This document shows, piece after piece, positions 20,540-30,900 of a DNA stretch of 64,000 nt. Source of the stretch: a virus; the IMG/VR virus record IMGVR_UViG_3300042878_001080, positions 1 to 64,000 of that record. One strand, 5' to 3'. Made by a program: the position numbers and the translations under genes. Below the pieces are notes generated by a model. It made no database searches and was not told the origin of the DNA. It saw only the letters and a program-made list of their open reading frames with translations. The stretch's first letter is position 1; every line of letters begins with the position of its first letter.

Positions 20540-21173
20540 TAAGTGTAAAGAAGAAAAAGATATTAATATGTTTTATACCGGCAGACCCGAATGTAAAAGT
20601 TGTAAATTACTTAGAGATAAATCTTATTATGATTTAAATAAAGAAATAATACTAAATAAAAATAAATTATATTGGGAAAATAATAAAGAAACAATAACAA
20701 ATAGACATAAAGAATATTGGGAAAATAATAAAGAAAAATGTAAAGACCTTCAAAAAACTTATAGGTTAAATAATGTCGAGAAAGAATCTAATAGACGTAA
20801 ATTATGGTTAAAATCTAACAAATGTCGAATTAATGATTATAGAAAAAAACAAAGGTTAGAACATCCGACTTATAGATTATCGGAAAATATTAGACGAAGA
20901 TTAAATACTTTTTTAAAATCAAATAATGTTACTAAAAAAAACAAAACATTTGATATTGTTGGTTGTTCTCCGGAATTCCTTAAAGAGTATTTAGAACAAA
21001 AATTTACAGAAGGAATGTCTTGGAAGTTAATGGGACAACACATTCATATCGACCACATAATCCCTTTATCATCGGCAAACACCGAAGAAGAACTATATAA
21101 ACTTTGTCATTATACAAACCTTCAACCATTATGGGCTTTTGATAATTTAAGTAAGGGAAGTAAAATATTATAA
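20520..21173 (+). CDS. HNH homing-type endonuclease with N-terminal Zn finger (copy 2)
   Basis: CSKC...CKSC, IHIDHIIP...HYTNLQPLWAFDNLSKG. Confidence 0.85.
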   Translation: MKTKICSKCKEEKDINMFYTGRPECKSCKLLRDKSYYDLNKEIILNKNKLYWENNKETITNRHKEYWENNKEKCKDLQKTYRLNNVEKESNRRKLWLKSNKCRINDYRKKQRLEHPTYRLSENIRRRLNTFLKSNNVTKKNKTFDIVGCSPEFLKEYLEQKFTEGMSWKLMGQHIHIDHIIPLSSANTEEELYKLCHYTNLQPLWAFDNLSKGSKIL

Positions 21174-21177
21174 ACAG

Positions 21178-21204
21178 AAAAGGTGTCGTTAGACACCTTT
21201 TTTT
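21178..21204. terminator. Bidirectional terminator between convergent genes
   Basis: AAAAGGTGTC-GTTA-GACACCTTTT with A and T runs on either side. Confidence 0.8.
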
Positions 21205-21547
21205 ATTCTAATTTTAAACCATCAGAACTAATAATGTACCAGTTACCCTCAACTCTAAAAAATTCAACCGCGGCACCTCGGTCAATAAATATTTCGTCAT
21301 ATTGTTCGTCAATTAGACCCATCATAGGTAAAATCATTACTTTTGTTAAAGTTTTAATTACAATATGTTCTGTAGTATTTTGGTCTAAAATAATTTTACA
21401 ATTAGGAACATCTTTAACTAAGATGAATTCTTCACCAATTGTTCTATGTTCCGGGATTGTAATTATTTGAATTGCCGGTTTATTTGGTAGGTTCGACATT
21501 GAACCGAATAATTTGTTTCCAATTTTTGTTCTTGTTATAAAAGTCAT
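21203..21547 (-). CDS. Hypothetical protein, probably structural
   Basis: 114 aa ORF co-oriented directly downstream of the neck gene. Confidence 0.55.
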   Translation of the reverse strand: MTFITRTKIGNKLFGSMSNLPNKPAIQIITIPEHRTIGEEFILVKDVPNCKIILDQNTTEHIVIKTLTKVMILPMMGLIDEQYDEIFIDRGAAVEFFRVEGNWYIISSDGLKLE

Positions 21548-21552
21548 ATAAA

Positions 21553-22674
21553 TTAAATTACGTATATTTGTCTTGGCATTGCTCTAAATCTCAAACTAGT
21601 GTTAAGGTCAGTTGCAATTTTGGCCTCTCTCTCCATAACTCGTTCAGGTTTAAGTCTTGTTAATCTACCTTCAGTACCAATTAACTCTTCAATTAACTTT
21701 GTTTTTTCGTCTTTAGCTTCAGTCGATAACGATAGATAATCCATTGTTAATTCACTATCCGGTGTTTTGATATTCCCACTAAATTTACCACGAACTCTTG
21801 ATAATGTTTCCTTCACGTATGCCGTAAACCAACGACGAACCCAAACTTGAGCAGGATTATTTAAATCGACCCAATCAATTCCTTCCAAAGGAACATCTGA
21901 AGGTAATTTAATGATATCCGGATTTGATTTTAAACATTTATCTCTATCAGCAGGTCCAGCATCATAATACCAGTACCAAACACGCCCCCTCTTCATAGTT
22001 GCTTGACCAAAATCAAATTTACCCCCCGGTGTTTGCATTAAATGTAGAGCCTTTTTTCCTTCAGGTAAAGCGGTGATTTTATAAGTTAAATCTCCGGCAA
22101 TAATTCTTCTTTGTATGTTATTCTCTTGTAATCTTAATAACATATCAAAAGCTGGCATCATAAACATCGACCCTGACATACCCATTTGTGAAAAACCCCC
22201 AGGACCACCTAATCCGGCTGCACCTAAGGAACCAAATGACCAAGGGTCTAGTAATATACTATTAAGTTCTGCGGGTGTATACCACATTACTTCATTAATT
22301 TCTCTATTAGCGGGAATTTCGTAAATTTGTTGGTTAGGAACTAACTCAACAAAATCTTTTTTAAGTTCCCAATCACCCCCCGCTTGTAGTCCAACAATTT
22401 TGGAGTAGGCGTAAGTATAACGAGTTTCATAATCCAAACTTTTGGTGATGAATGCTCGTGATAATGATTGTGTATCTAAATTTAAATTTGCTAATGATGT
22501 CCATTGAGATTCAATTAACCAATCTTGAATATATTGTGAATAATCACTAATTGATAATTCCATTAAACTATCCATCATTTCGTCTTCGATTTCAATTGAA
22601 CGAAGTGGTGCTCCCAATAAGTGTTTGATTCTTGTGTAAAGTTGGGTTCTTTCCGGTTCTGCAATTCCAGCCAT
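21553..22674 (-). CDS. Neck/head-tail adaptor protein (T4 gp13-like)
   Basis: IKHLLGAP..IEI N-terminus and WVRRWFTAYVKETLSRVRGKFSG C-terminal motif. Confidence 0.7.
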   Translation of the reverse strand: MAGIAEPERTQLYTRIKHLLGAPLRSIEIEDEMMDSLMELSISDYSQYIQDWLIESQWTSLANLNLDTQSLSRAFITKSLDYETRYTYAYSKIVGLQAGGDWELKKDFVELVPNQQIYEIPANREINEVMWYTPAELNSILLDPWSFGSLGAAGLGGPGGFSQMGMSGSMFMMPAFDMLLRLQENNIQRRIIAGDLTYKITALPEGKKALHLMQTPGGKFDFGQATMKRGRVWYWYYDAGPADRDKCLKSNPDIIKLPSDVPLEGIDWVDLNNPAQVWVRRWFTAYVKETLSRVRGKFSGNIKTPDSELTMDYLSLSTEAKDEKTKLIEELIGTEGRLTRLKPERVMEREAKIATDLNTSLRFRAMPRQIYVI

Positions 22675-22699
22675 ATAGATTTGTGTTTCTATATAAATA

Positions 22700-23536
22700 T
22701 CAGCTAAGAGTATAAATTAAATTCTCTTTGTTAAAAACAAAATTACCGTCAATAATTGTTGAATTTTTATTATCAAACACCAAAATTTCTTTATTATTTT
22801 TTGAGAAGATTAACCAATCGGTTTTATATTTTTTAACATTACCGGCACCCATAACAAATGTTAAATTTTGTTCTCCGATTAAATGGGTGAATGGTTTGAT
22901 TTGAGCTGTTTTACGTTCATCATTAATAATTATTTCACAATCAATTCCACCAATCATATCATCACTACTACCTAATTTACCGATAGGGATAACATTATTA
23001 ACACCGAATTGTTTTTTAAGAATTTCAACTGTTGTGTCTTCTCTTTTTTGACCCCACGCGTGGGTTTGGCCTAACACCATCATAAGTGATTGGAATGTTG
23101 AGGAGTTGGTGTTAAAGATTCGGTCTTTATATTGTTCGATTATGTTTATAAATTTTTTAACTTCATTTATTTGAGATAGAGCTGTTTGAAATTTGAAAAC
23201 AATTATTGGATGTTGCATAGACGACAGGACTTTATTAACATCTCTAAGAAGAACACAGAAACAACTATAGTTTGTGTTTAATTTGTTGATAACGGAACGA
23301 CCGGGTTGTTCTAAGTCGTATATACCATATGATTCACCTTCGGAATAACCTCCTTTTATGTAGTAGTTTTCTGAGAATACTTCTCTTAAAACATTATTAA
23401 TTGAGTTTTTAAAGATTTCTTTAACTCGGGGGTTTGTGTTAAAAAGTTGTCTAATTTCTTCAATTTGAATTGGAAGACACTTTTCTGCTTTAGTTTGAAT
23501 AAGTACTAAAGAAACTTTGTTTTCATTATTTATCAT
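22700..23536 (-). CDS. Hypothetical protein with possible PD-(D/E)xK nuclease fold
   Basis: E...DMIGGID...AQIK arrangement in the C-terminal half. Confidence 0.45.
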   Translation of the reverse strand: MINNENKVSLVLIQTKAEKCLPIQIEEIRQLFNTNPRVKEIFKNSINNVLREVFSENYYIKGGYSEGESYGIYDLEQPGRSVINKLNTNYSCFCVLLRDVNKVLSSMQHPIIVFKFQTALSQINEVKKFINIIEQYKDRIFNTNSSTFQSLMMVLGQTHAWGQKREDTTVEILKKQFGVNNVIPIGKLGSSDDMIGGIDCEIIINDERKTAQIKPFTHLIGEQNLTFVMGAGNVKKYKTDWLIFSKNNKEILVFDNKNSTIIDGNFVFNKENLIYTLS

Positions 23537-23565
23537 AATAGGCTTGTTTTAATTAAACAACCGAG

Positions 23566-25371
23566 CTATCCCCGATTGTTTATCTTGTTCATAAGTTCTC
23601 CAATAAAATCACCTTTATCTTCAATATTATCCCCCATTACAGTTCCAATATTTAATTTCTTTTGATTTACCATATCGTAAATGATTGCTTCGACACTGTT
23701 ATCAAAAATTGGGTAATAAACGGATACTGAATTTTTTTGTCCGTATCTGTACGCTCTATCTTCTGCTTGGGCTAAATCACCAGGGACAAATGATAGGTCA
23801 TTAATAATTACGGCTTCAGCTGCGGTTAGAGTGATACCAACACCTGCGGCCTTTACATTACCAACAAATACTTTAATCTTTTCGTTATCTTGAAATTGGT
23901 CCACAGCATATTGTCTTTGAGGTTTTGATGTTGAACCATCTAATCTTACGGCTTGTTTTCCAAAATGGTCGGCAATTCTGTTTAATGTTTCGGTAAAGTT
24001 GGTAAAGATAATAACTTTTTTGTCTTGTTCCAAAATATTTTCAGCTAATTCTATCGTATCTTTAATTTTTTCTTCGGCAATCACTTGACGAACCTTCATT
24101 AACTTACTGAACTGAACCGTTAGAGATGTTGATTCATCGGGGTTCTTATTATACCAATCGTAGTATTCCCCCATCAATCCTTCATAAAGTTTTGATTTTA
24201 ATCTTAAATAAACCGGTGTAATAATTTTTTCGGGTAAATCTAAAACTTCCGTTTTCAATCTACGTAAAACTTGTCTTGATGTTCGGTCTCTCAATTCTTC
24301 TAAGTTTGATGCTCCAGTAACATTCCATATTTTACGAGTTCCCGCAGTAAATTGATAACCTTGACAATATCTAATGGCATAGGCCATCCAATTATTACTT
24401 ACCGGACTTTCAACCAACGATAATAGGTTAAAATAATTCATCGGACGGTTAGTCATAGGTGTTCCGGTTAATAACCAAACTCTTTCACATTTTTTAGAAA
24501 AACTATTAACCAACTTTGTTCTCGCCGCTTGTCCGTTACTAACATAATGAGCTTCATCTAAGATAATTAAATCAAAATTTCCTTGTGTGATTAAAGAGTT
24601 TTCCTTATTTTTGAGGTCATAGAAGTTTTTAAGAATATCGTAATTAACAATTACAAAATCATGCTCAATTGAGAAATTTTTACCCTCAGAAATATAAACA
24701 CTCCTATCAGAATAGTTTTCAATCTCTCTTTGCCAGTTAATTTTTAAAGATGCCGGACAAATAATAAGTATTTTTTTGGCACCCGTTTCTAAAGCGGCGA
24801 TAATTGTTGATGTGGTCTTACCTAATCCCATATCATCGGCAAGGATGAATCTTTTAGACCCGGCAAGTTTTTCGATAGCTTCTTTTTGATGTTCTAATGG
24901 TGGTCTATGAGAGTATTTTGAATAATCCACAACAATATTCTTAATTGTGTGTGTTTTAATCAAAGCACCTTTCGGTAACCAAAAATCGTGGATAGTTTCG
25001 TTCTCCAATATTTTTCCCCAAACGTGGTAGGATTTTTCTTTCTCAACTAATAGCTTTTCTACCCATACCTGTTCGGGGATTTTAAGTAATAATTTTTCGT
25101 CGGCAATTTTTTTGGCAAAGTAGGGGTCTAAATCAACCCATCGTTTGGCTACCTTTGGTGTAACTTCGTAATAATTTATTATGTAATCGCATTGAGCTCT
25201 TGTAGGAAAAAATCGTTTATTTGATTCCTTTTGAAATTTTAATTTTAAGATGTGGTTGTTTGCTCCCTGATAAGTTCCAAGAAGAGATATTGCTCGTTGT
25301 TCTATTGTTAAATTAGAATTATCGGATGTGTTGTTTTCCAAATTTAATCTTTTTATAGAAATATAACACAT
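23566..25371 (-). CDS. SNF2-family (SMARCAL1/HARP-like) helicase
   Basis: LADDMGLGKT, DEAH, LTGTP, AAGVGITL, QAEDRAYRYGQ. The true start may be the TTG a few codons downstream. Confidence 0.92.
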   Translation of the reverse strand: MCYISIKRLNLENNTSDNSNLTIEQRAISLLGTYQGANNHILKLKFQKESNKRFFPTRAQCDYIINYYEVTPKVAKRWVDLDPYFAKKIADEKLLLKIPEQVWVEKLLVEKEKSYHVWGKILENETIHDFWLPKGALIKTHTIKNIVVDYSKYSHRPPLEHQKEAIEKLAGSKRFILADDMGLGKTTSTIIAALETGAKKILIICPASLKINWQREIENYSDRSVYISEGKNFSIEHDFVIVNYDILKNFYDLKNKENSLITQGNFDLIILDEAHYVSNGQAARTKLVNSFSKKCERVWLLTGTPMTNRPMNYFNLLSLVESPVSNNWMAYAIRYCQGYQFTAGTRKIWNVTGASNLEELRDRTSRQVLRRLKTEVLDLPEKIITPVYLRLKSKLYEGLMGEYYDWYNKNPDESTSLTVQFSKLMKVRQVIAEEKIKDTIELAENILEQDKKVIIFTNFTETLNRIADHFGKQAVRLDGSTSKPQRQYAVDQFQDNEKIKVFVGNVKAAGVGITLTAAEAVIINDLSFVPGDLAQAEDRAYRYGQKNSVSVYYPIFDNSVEAIIYDMVNQKKLNIGTVMGDNIEDKGDFIGELMNKINNRG

Positions 25372-25389
25372 TTCTCAATATTTATCAAT

Positions 25390-25698
25390 ATGAATAATGA
25401 ACCAATAAACTTTGACCGAGATTATAAGATAATTAAAAGGTATTTAGATATAACTAAACCAAGTGGCGTTTCGGATATTGAGTTTGAATTAAGACCAACA
25501 GGTGATAAAGACGAATATTATATGAGTATAATGTATATTGTTCCTGATGGTAGTAAATATTTAAGTTATGTTGTTACTAAAAATGTTGTACGAAATGAGT
25601 GGAATTACCAAATAATAAAAGATATTCAAAATTATTTTGGATTAAGGGTGATTATTAATAACTCCGGAACAAGAAGTGAAAAATTTAATTATGAATAA
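25390..25698 (+). CDS. Hypothetical protein
   Basis: 102 aa ORF with a TATTTAT box immediately upstream. Confidence 0.55.
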   Translation: MNNEPINFDRDYKIIKRYLDITKPSGVSDIEFELRPTGDKDEYYMSIMYIVPDGSKYLSYVVTKNVVRNEWNYQIIKDIQNYFGLRVIINNSGTRSEKFNYE

Positions 25699-26203
25699 TA
25701 AAGTACCAATTACAAGAATAGGAAAGTTCTTCGGAGCCGAGGATTTTACATTAGAACAAGATTTTGGTTCTGAATGGTTGCATAATGATATGAACTTTAC
25801 ATTAGTTCTATACCGTGTTGATAGATATAAGACAAAAGCTGATGACGTGTATGGTGAGACATCCGTGGATGGTATCAAGTTTTTACCACCGGTTGAATTT
25901 AAAGGATATGTTCAAATTATGGCTCCTGAGAACAAATATTTAGGAACATCTAAAATTGACCAAATGGAACCGGGTAATATGAAAGTATCTGTCTATCAAA
26001 GAGATTTGGAAGAATTGGAAATTGATATTAGTTATGGTGATTACATTGGATACTACGAAACTGAAGATAAAGTGAGGTATTACACTGTTAATAACGATGG
26101 AAGGGTAACATCAGACAATAAACATACAATTGGGGGTTATAAACCGTTCTATAGAACTATTATGGCATCTCCGGTTACAAATAACGAATTTAGAGGATTA
26201 TAA
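25676..26203 (+). CDS. Putative head-closure/neck protein (gp14-like); likely start at ATG 25691
   Basis: DDVYGE...KFLPPVE...GDYIGY motifs and position before the tail terminator. Confidence 0.55.
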   Translation: MKNLIMNNKVPITRIGKFFGAEDFTLEQDFGSEWLHNDMNFTLVLYRVDRYKTKADDVYGETSVDGIKFLPPVEFKGYVQIMAPENKYLGTSKIDQMEPGNMKVSVYQRDLEELEIDISYGDYIGYYETEDKVRYYTVNNDGRVTSDNKHTIGGYKPFYRTIMASPVTNNEFRGL

Positions 26204-26577
26204 TGAAAGTAGTAATAACAGAGAGTAGGTTATTTGACGCAATATATAATTATATCGATAATATGTATGATGTTTCCGAACTTACTTTAAAACACCCTGA
26301 AGTTTGGGACGATGAAGAAATGTCGGAGATTGAAAACGCATATGTAACAGATTTCTACGATTATAATGAAAATTTAATATTTAGTTATTTTGAAAAAGAA
26401 TATTACGGTAATGATATTGGTAGTAAATTTTTTAAAGATTCTGCACCAATTTTAGAGGTTAATGGATACGATTGGCAAAGATTAACTAGTATGTTTGGCA
26501 ATAATTGGAAGGAACCAATGAAAAAATCATTTGAAGATAAATTTGGATTACCGGTTAATACCGTAACAATAGAATAA
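26203..26577 (+). CDS. Hypothetical acidic protein
   Basis: 124 aa ORF, TAATG-coupled to the previous gene; starts MKVVITES. Confidence 0.6.
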   Translation: MKVVITESRLFDAIYNYIDNMYDVSELTLKHPEVWDDEEMSEIENAYVTDFYDYNENLIFSYFEKEYYGNDIGSKFFKDSAPILEVNGYDWQRLTSMFGNNWKEPMKKSFEDKFGLPVNTVTIE

Positions 26578-26589
26578 TAAAACAATAAA

Positions 26590-27624
26590 ATGGGTTTACC
26601 AAACAAAATAAAAAAAAATATACCACTAACGGAGTCCAAAACTCTTTTACCAAGAAGACACGAACTTTTGGATAAAATCAATAAAGACGGAACTTATCTT
26701 CCCAAATCTTTATTGCATGCCGACTTAGATAGAGGTTTTTTAGATTTTGTTAAAGACGATTTAAAAGTTGTTGTTGAAGGTAAAACTATTCCAACGGTAG
26801 ATATTTTAATTACCACTCAGAATTGGGCTCAATTCACTGAAACTTGGAATTTCCAAAATATAGATAAAAACGCTGAACCCCCATTTATAACTGTTGTTAG
26901 AACGCCTGAAGTTAAATTTGGGACTAATCCGGCAGTTTTATATAACATACCAAATAGAAGACAATATTTTTACGCTCAAGTTCCAACATTTGACGGACAA
27001 AGAAATGGTATGGATGTTTATACTATACCTCAACCGGTTCCGGTAGATATTACCTATTCTGTTAAAATTATTTGTAATAGAATGAGAGAATTAAATAAAC
27101 TTAATCAAATTATTCTTGAGAAGTTTGCATCAAGACAGGCATATGCGGTAATTAAGGGTCATTATATTCCTATTGTTATGGGTAATATTGCTGACGAATC
27201 GGTATTTGATGTTGAAAAAAGAAAGTATTACATTCAAACATATGAATTTACTATGTTGGGGTTTTTAATTGATGAAGACGAATTTGAGGTTTCTCCGGCA
27301 ATAACAAGGGTATTACAGGTTGTTGAGATTGAAAAAAAGACGACAAGACGTAATAAGAAAAAACCTATTGAAGAAGGTCCTGGAAATCAAGCGTTGTTTT
27401 TAGTTGGTAATACAACTCTAACACAACTGTTTAGTTATGTTGTTGATATTAAAATTGGTGAAATAGTTAATATAAGTTCGTTTGATGTTTATATCAACGA
27501 TGATTATTATGGGACCGATTTGATTTTAATACAAATTAACTCTGGTGATGTTCTAAGGTTAGATATTGTTAAAAATGATAACCTATTAGAATCTACAATT
27601 CAGTTTATTGATAAGATATTTTAA
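26590..27624 (+). CDS. Putative tail terminator/sheath stabiliser (gp15-like)
   Basis: PPFITVVR, PVPVDITYSV motifs; located immediately before the sheath. Confidence 0.55.
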   Translation: MGLPNKIKKNIPLTESKTLLPRRHELLDKINKDGTYLPKSLLHADLDRGFLDFVKDDLKVVVEGKTIPTVDILITTQNWAQFTETWNFQNIDKNAEPPFITVVRTPEVKFGTNPAVLYNIPNRRQYFYAQVPTFDGQRNGMDVYTIPQPVPVDITYSVKIICNRMRELNKLNQIILEKFASRQAYAVIKGHYIPIVMGNIADESVFDVEKRKYYIQTYEFTMLGFLIDEDEFEVSPAITRVLQVVEIEKKTTRRNKKKPIEEGPGNQALFLVGNTTLTQLFSYVVDIKIGEIVNISSFDVYINDDYYGTDLILIQINSGDVLRLDIVKNDNLLESTIQFIDKIF

Positions 27625-27785
27625 TCCTCACCATAGATATCCTTTGTTGGTTTGCATTTTTCAACAATTAGTCGTTCTAAAAAACGATACATTTTAATTC
27701 CCTTCTTTTCGCAGTAGTTTTTAAGAATCTCGTGTGATTCCACCGATATCTTTAAATTTTTAATCTTTTTGATGTCTTTATCCAT
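27621..27785 (-). CDS. Small ribbon-helix-helix-like DNA-binding protein (54 aa, not in ORF track)
   Basis: MDKDIKKIKNLKISVESHEILKNYCEKKGIKMYRFLERLIVEKCKPTKDIYGED*; its own TATTTATA box lies on the minus strand at 27821-27828. Confidence 0.7.
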   Translation of the reverse strand: MDKDIKKIKNLKISVESHEILKNYCEKKGIKMYRFLERLIVEKCKPTKDIYGED

Positions 27786-27902
27786 AAGTAGAAAAAAGGT
27801 AGAAAATAATCTCCCTAAAATATAAATAGTTGCTACGAAGTAAAGTATTTTGGTTTTTTTTTAATATTTATATATAAATAAAATTATAAACAAGACAAAC
27901 TA

Positions 27903-30900
27903 ATGGCAACAAACAGCAAAGTATTCGTATCTCCCGGGGTATATACTTCCGAAGTTGATTTAAGTTTCGTAGCACAAAGTGTGGGTGTAACCACATTAGG
28001 TATCGTTGGTGAGACACAAAAAGGTCCCGCTTTTGAACCAATCTTTATACGTAACTTCGATGAATTCTCAACTTTTTTTGGGGGAACATCCCCTGAGAAG
28101 TTTATCAATACACAAATACCGAAGTATGAAGCATCATATATCGCAAAGGCTTACTTACAACAATCTAATCAATTGTTTGTTACGAGAATTTTGGGGTTAT
28201 CAGGATATGATGCAGGACCATCTTGGTCTTTTAAAACAATCGCTAATGTTGATAAATCAACAGTAGGGTTTAAGTGTTCTGGAACAACATATGATGTAAC
28301 ATTATGTGCGGATGTATGTACGGGTTATACTATAACACCATTTACATTTACTTTCACAGGATGTAACAGTAATATAAATACGATTGGATTATCGGGGGTA
28401 ACTAGTTATATATCAAGTAATTTAAATGATACTTACGAAACATTTAATGGAAGTACCTCAACAATATCTGATAATATTAAAACACAATTATTTAATATTA
28501 TTAGTATTCCAAGTACTTCAGCAACATCAATTAACTACTACGGGACAATTTCAGGTTCTGATTATAACACATTAAGTACTACATACACAAGTGAAACTAA
28601 TGTTTATGGTGTTGATAGTGTAAGTTCAACAAATGCGGACTATACTGATGCAAATAATGACCCTTGGTATTACTCTTTATTTGATAATACTAATGGTTCA
28701 TATAGTGGTTTTTCATTTTATAATGTTGTTAGTGATTTAACTCAAACTTCAACATCTTCAAACTGTGCAACATTCTATTCATTATCAGTTAGTTCTGCAA
28801 CGGTATCAAATACTGTAGGTAGTATAAACTATAATACTAATACTATTGATGTTGTGTTACCATCAGGAACACCAACATCTGGTTTAACGGCATTAACAGT
28901 TATGTTTAGTGCTTGTACAACAAATGTTAAGGTTAGTGGTGTTACACAACAAAGTTCAGGTAGTACTCAAAACTTTTCAGCGGGAACTAAACAATATGTT
29001 TTAGTGTCCCAAGATAGTGGAACAACGAATAATTGGACCGTTAATGTTACGGTTGATAATCCTTGTAATCCAGCGACAACAGGTCATACAGGTTCTCATA
29101 ATACCGGAACAATAACTACTTGTTATAGTGGTACGGTTAGTGGTAAAATTTATGTTTATTCAGGTGTCTCTTATACTGATTTTGACGATATGGTTATTGC
29201 AACACTTCGTTCAAGAGGTATTGCAACATATAGTACTGATAGTAATGGTCCTGCTTATGAAGTTACAGGATTAACAGATGTTACTATTGATTGTGTTACT
29301 TCAACATATTCAAACATTGCTAAAAACCCATTTGCGGAATTTGGTCTTAATGTTATAGATAAAGATGGTAATAGTTTCTTCTTTGAAACATCATTTAGTG
29401 AATCGGATTCTAAATACTTACCAAAAGTGTTTGGTTCTTCTAATTTCTCTAAACCAAGAACAACAGTACCATTATTTGTTGAGGAAAAATTTCAAACATT
29501 ATTGAACTACGGTTATAATAAAGGATATATTAAAGGTTTAAGTTGTGACTTACTATCATTACCTAGAGCTAATTCAAATGTTAATTCCTCGTCATCTATA
29601 GCATATTACTTAGAAAAATATCAAACACCGGTTTCACCGTGGATTGTTTCTGAAGTTAGAGGTAGTAAAGTATATAACTTATTTAGATTTACAACCATTT
29701 CTGACGGTAATGGTGCAAATACGGAAGTTAAAATATCAATATCTAATATGTCTTTTAATAATTTAACATTTGACGTGTTAGTTAGAGATTTTTATGATAC
29801 CGATAATAATCCGGTAGTAATTGAGAAATTTACTAATTGTACTATGGATTCTAATAGTAATTCATTTGTGGGACAAAAAATTGGAACAACAGATGGTGAA
29901 TACGCATTAAATTCAAAATACATAATGGTAGAAATGAATGAAGATGCACCTATTGATACATTACCTTGTGGTTTTCAAGGATTTAAATTTAGACAATATG
30001 GTTCATCAAATTCCCCATTTCCAATTTATAAAACTAAATACGATTATCCGGGAGAAGTGGTTTTTGACCCACCATTTGGATTAAGTTCAGGAAGTAACAA
30101 CTCAACTTTAAGTCCGGGTGATAATGTTCGTAAAACATATTTAGGTATTTCTACAGGAAATGGTGCTGGTTTTGACGTTGATTTCTTCCAATATAAAGGA
30201 AAACAAAGACCTTTAAATTTATGTATTGATAGTGATGCTGCTGAATGGATAACATTAACTAAAGGTTATCATATGGATAAAAACGCAAGTGGTATAACAA
30301 TTTCTAATAGTTATACAACTAGTGGAACTTCAGCATATTATGTTGGTGACGCTACATTCACAACAGACCCTTCAGACGAAACAAGTCCTTATTACAGAAT
30401 ATATTCTCGTAAGTTCTCAGTATTAGTTCAAGGAGGTTTTGATGGTTGGGATATCTATAGAGAATCAAGAACAAATACCGACACATTTAAGTTAGGTAGA
30501 AGAGGTTACTTAAACGGTGCTTGTCAGGACATTAAATATCCTACAGCAACAGGTTGGGGAGCATTTAAACAAATTAAAGTTGGAAATAATACTGTTGATT
30601 GGGGTAACTCTGATTACTACGCTTATTTATTAGGACAACAAACATTCTCAAATCCTGAAGCAGTTAATATTAATTTATTTGTTACACCAGGTATTGATTA
30701 TACTAATAATTCTGATTTAGTTGGGGATGCAATTGAAATGATTGAGTTCAATAGAGCTGATTCATTATACATTTGTACGACTGCTGATAGTAATTTATTT
30801 TTACCAACACCTGATACCGCTGGTTTAATTTACCCTCAAGAAGCTGTTAATGTTTTGGACGATAGTGGTGTAGATTCTAATTATACAGCAACTTATTATC

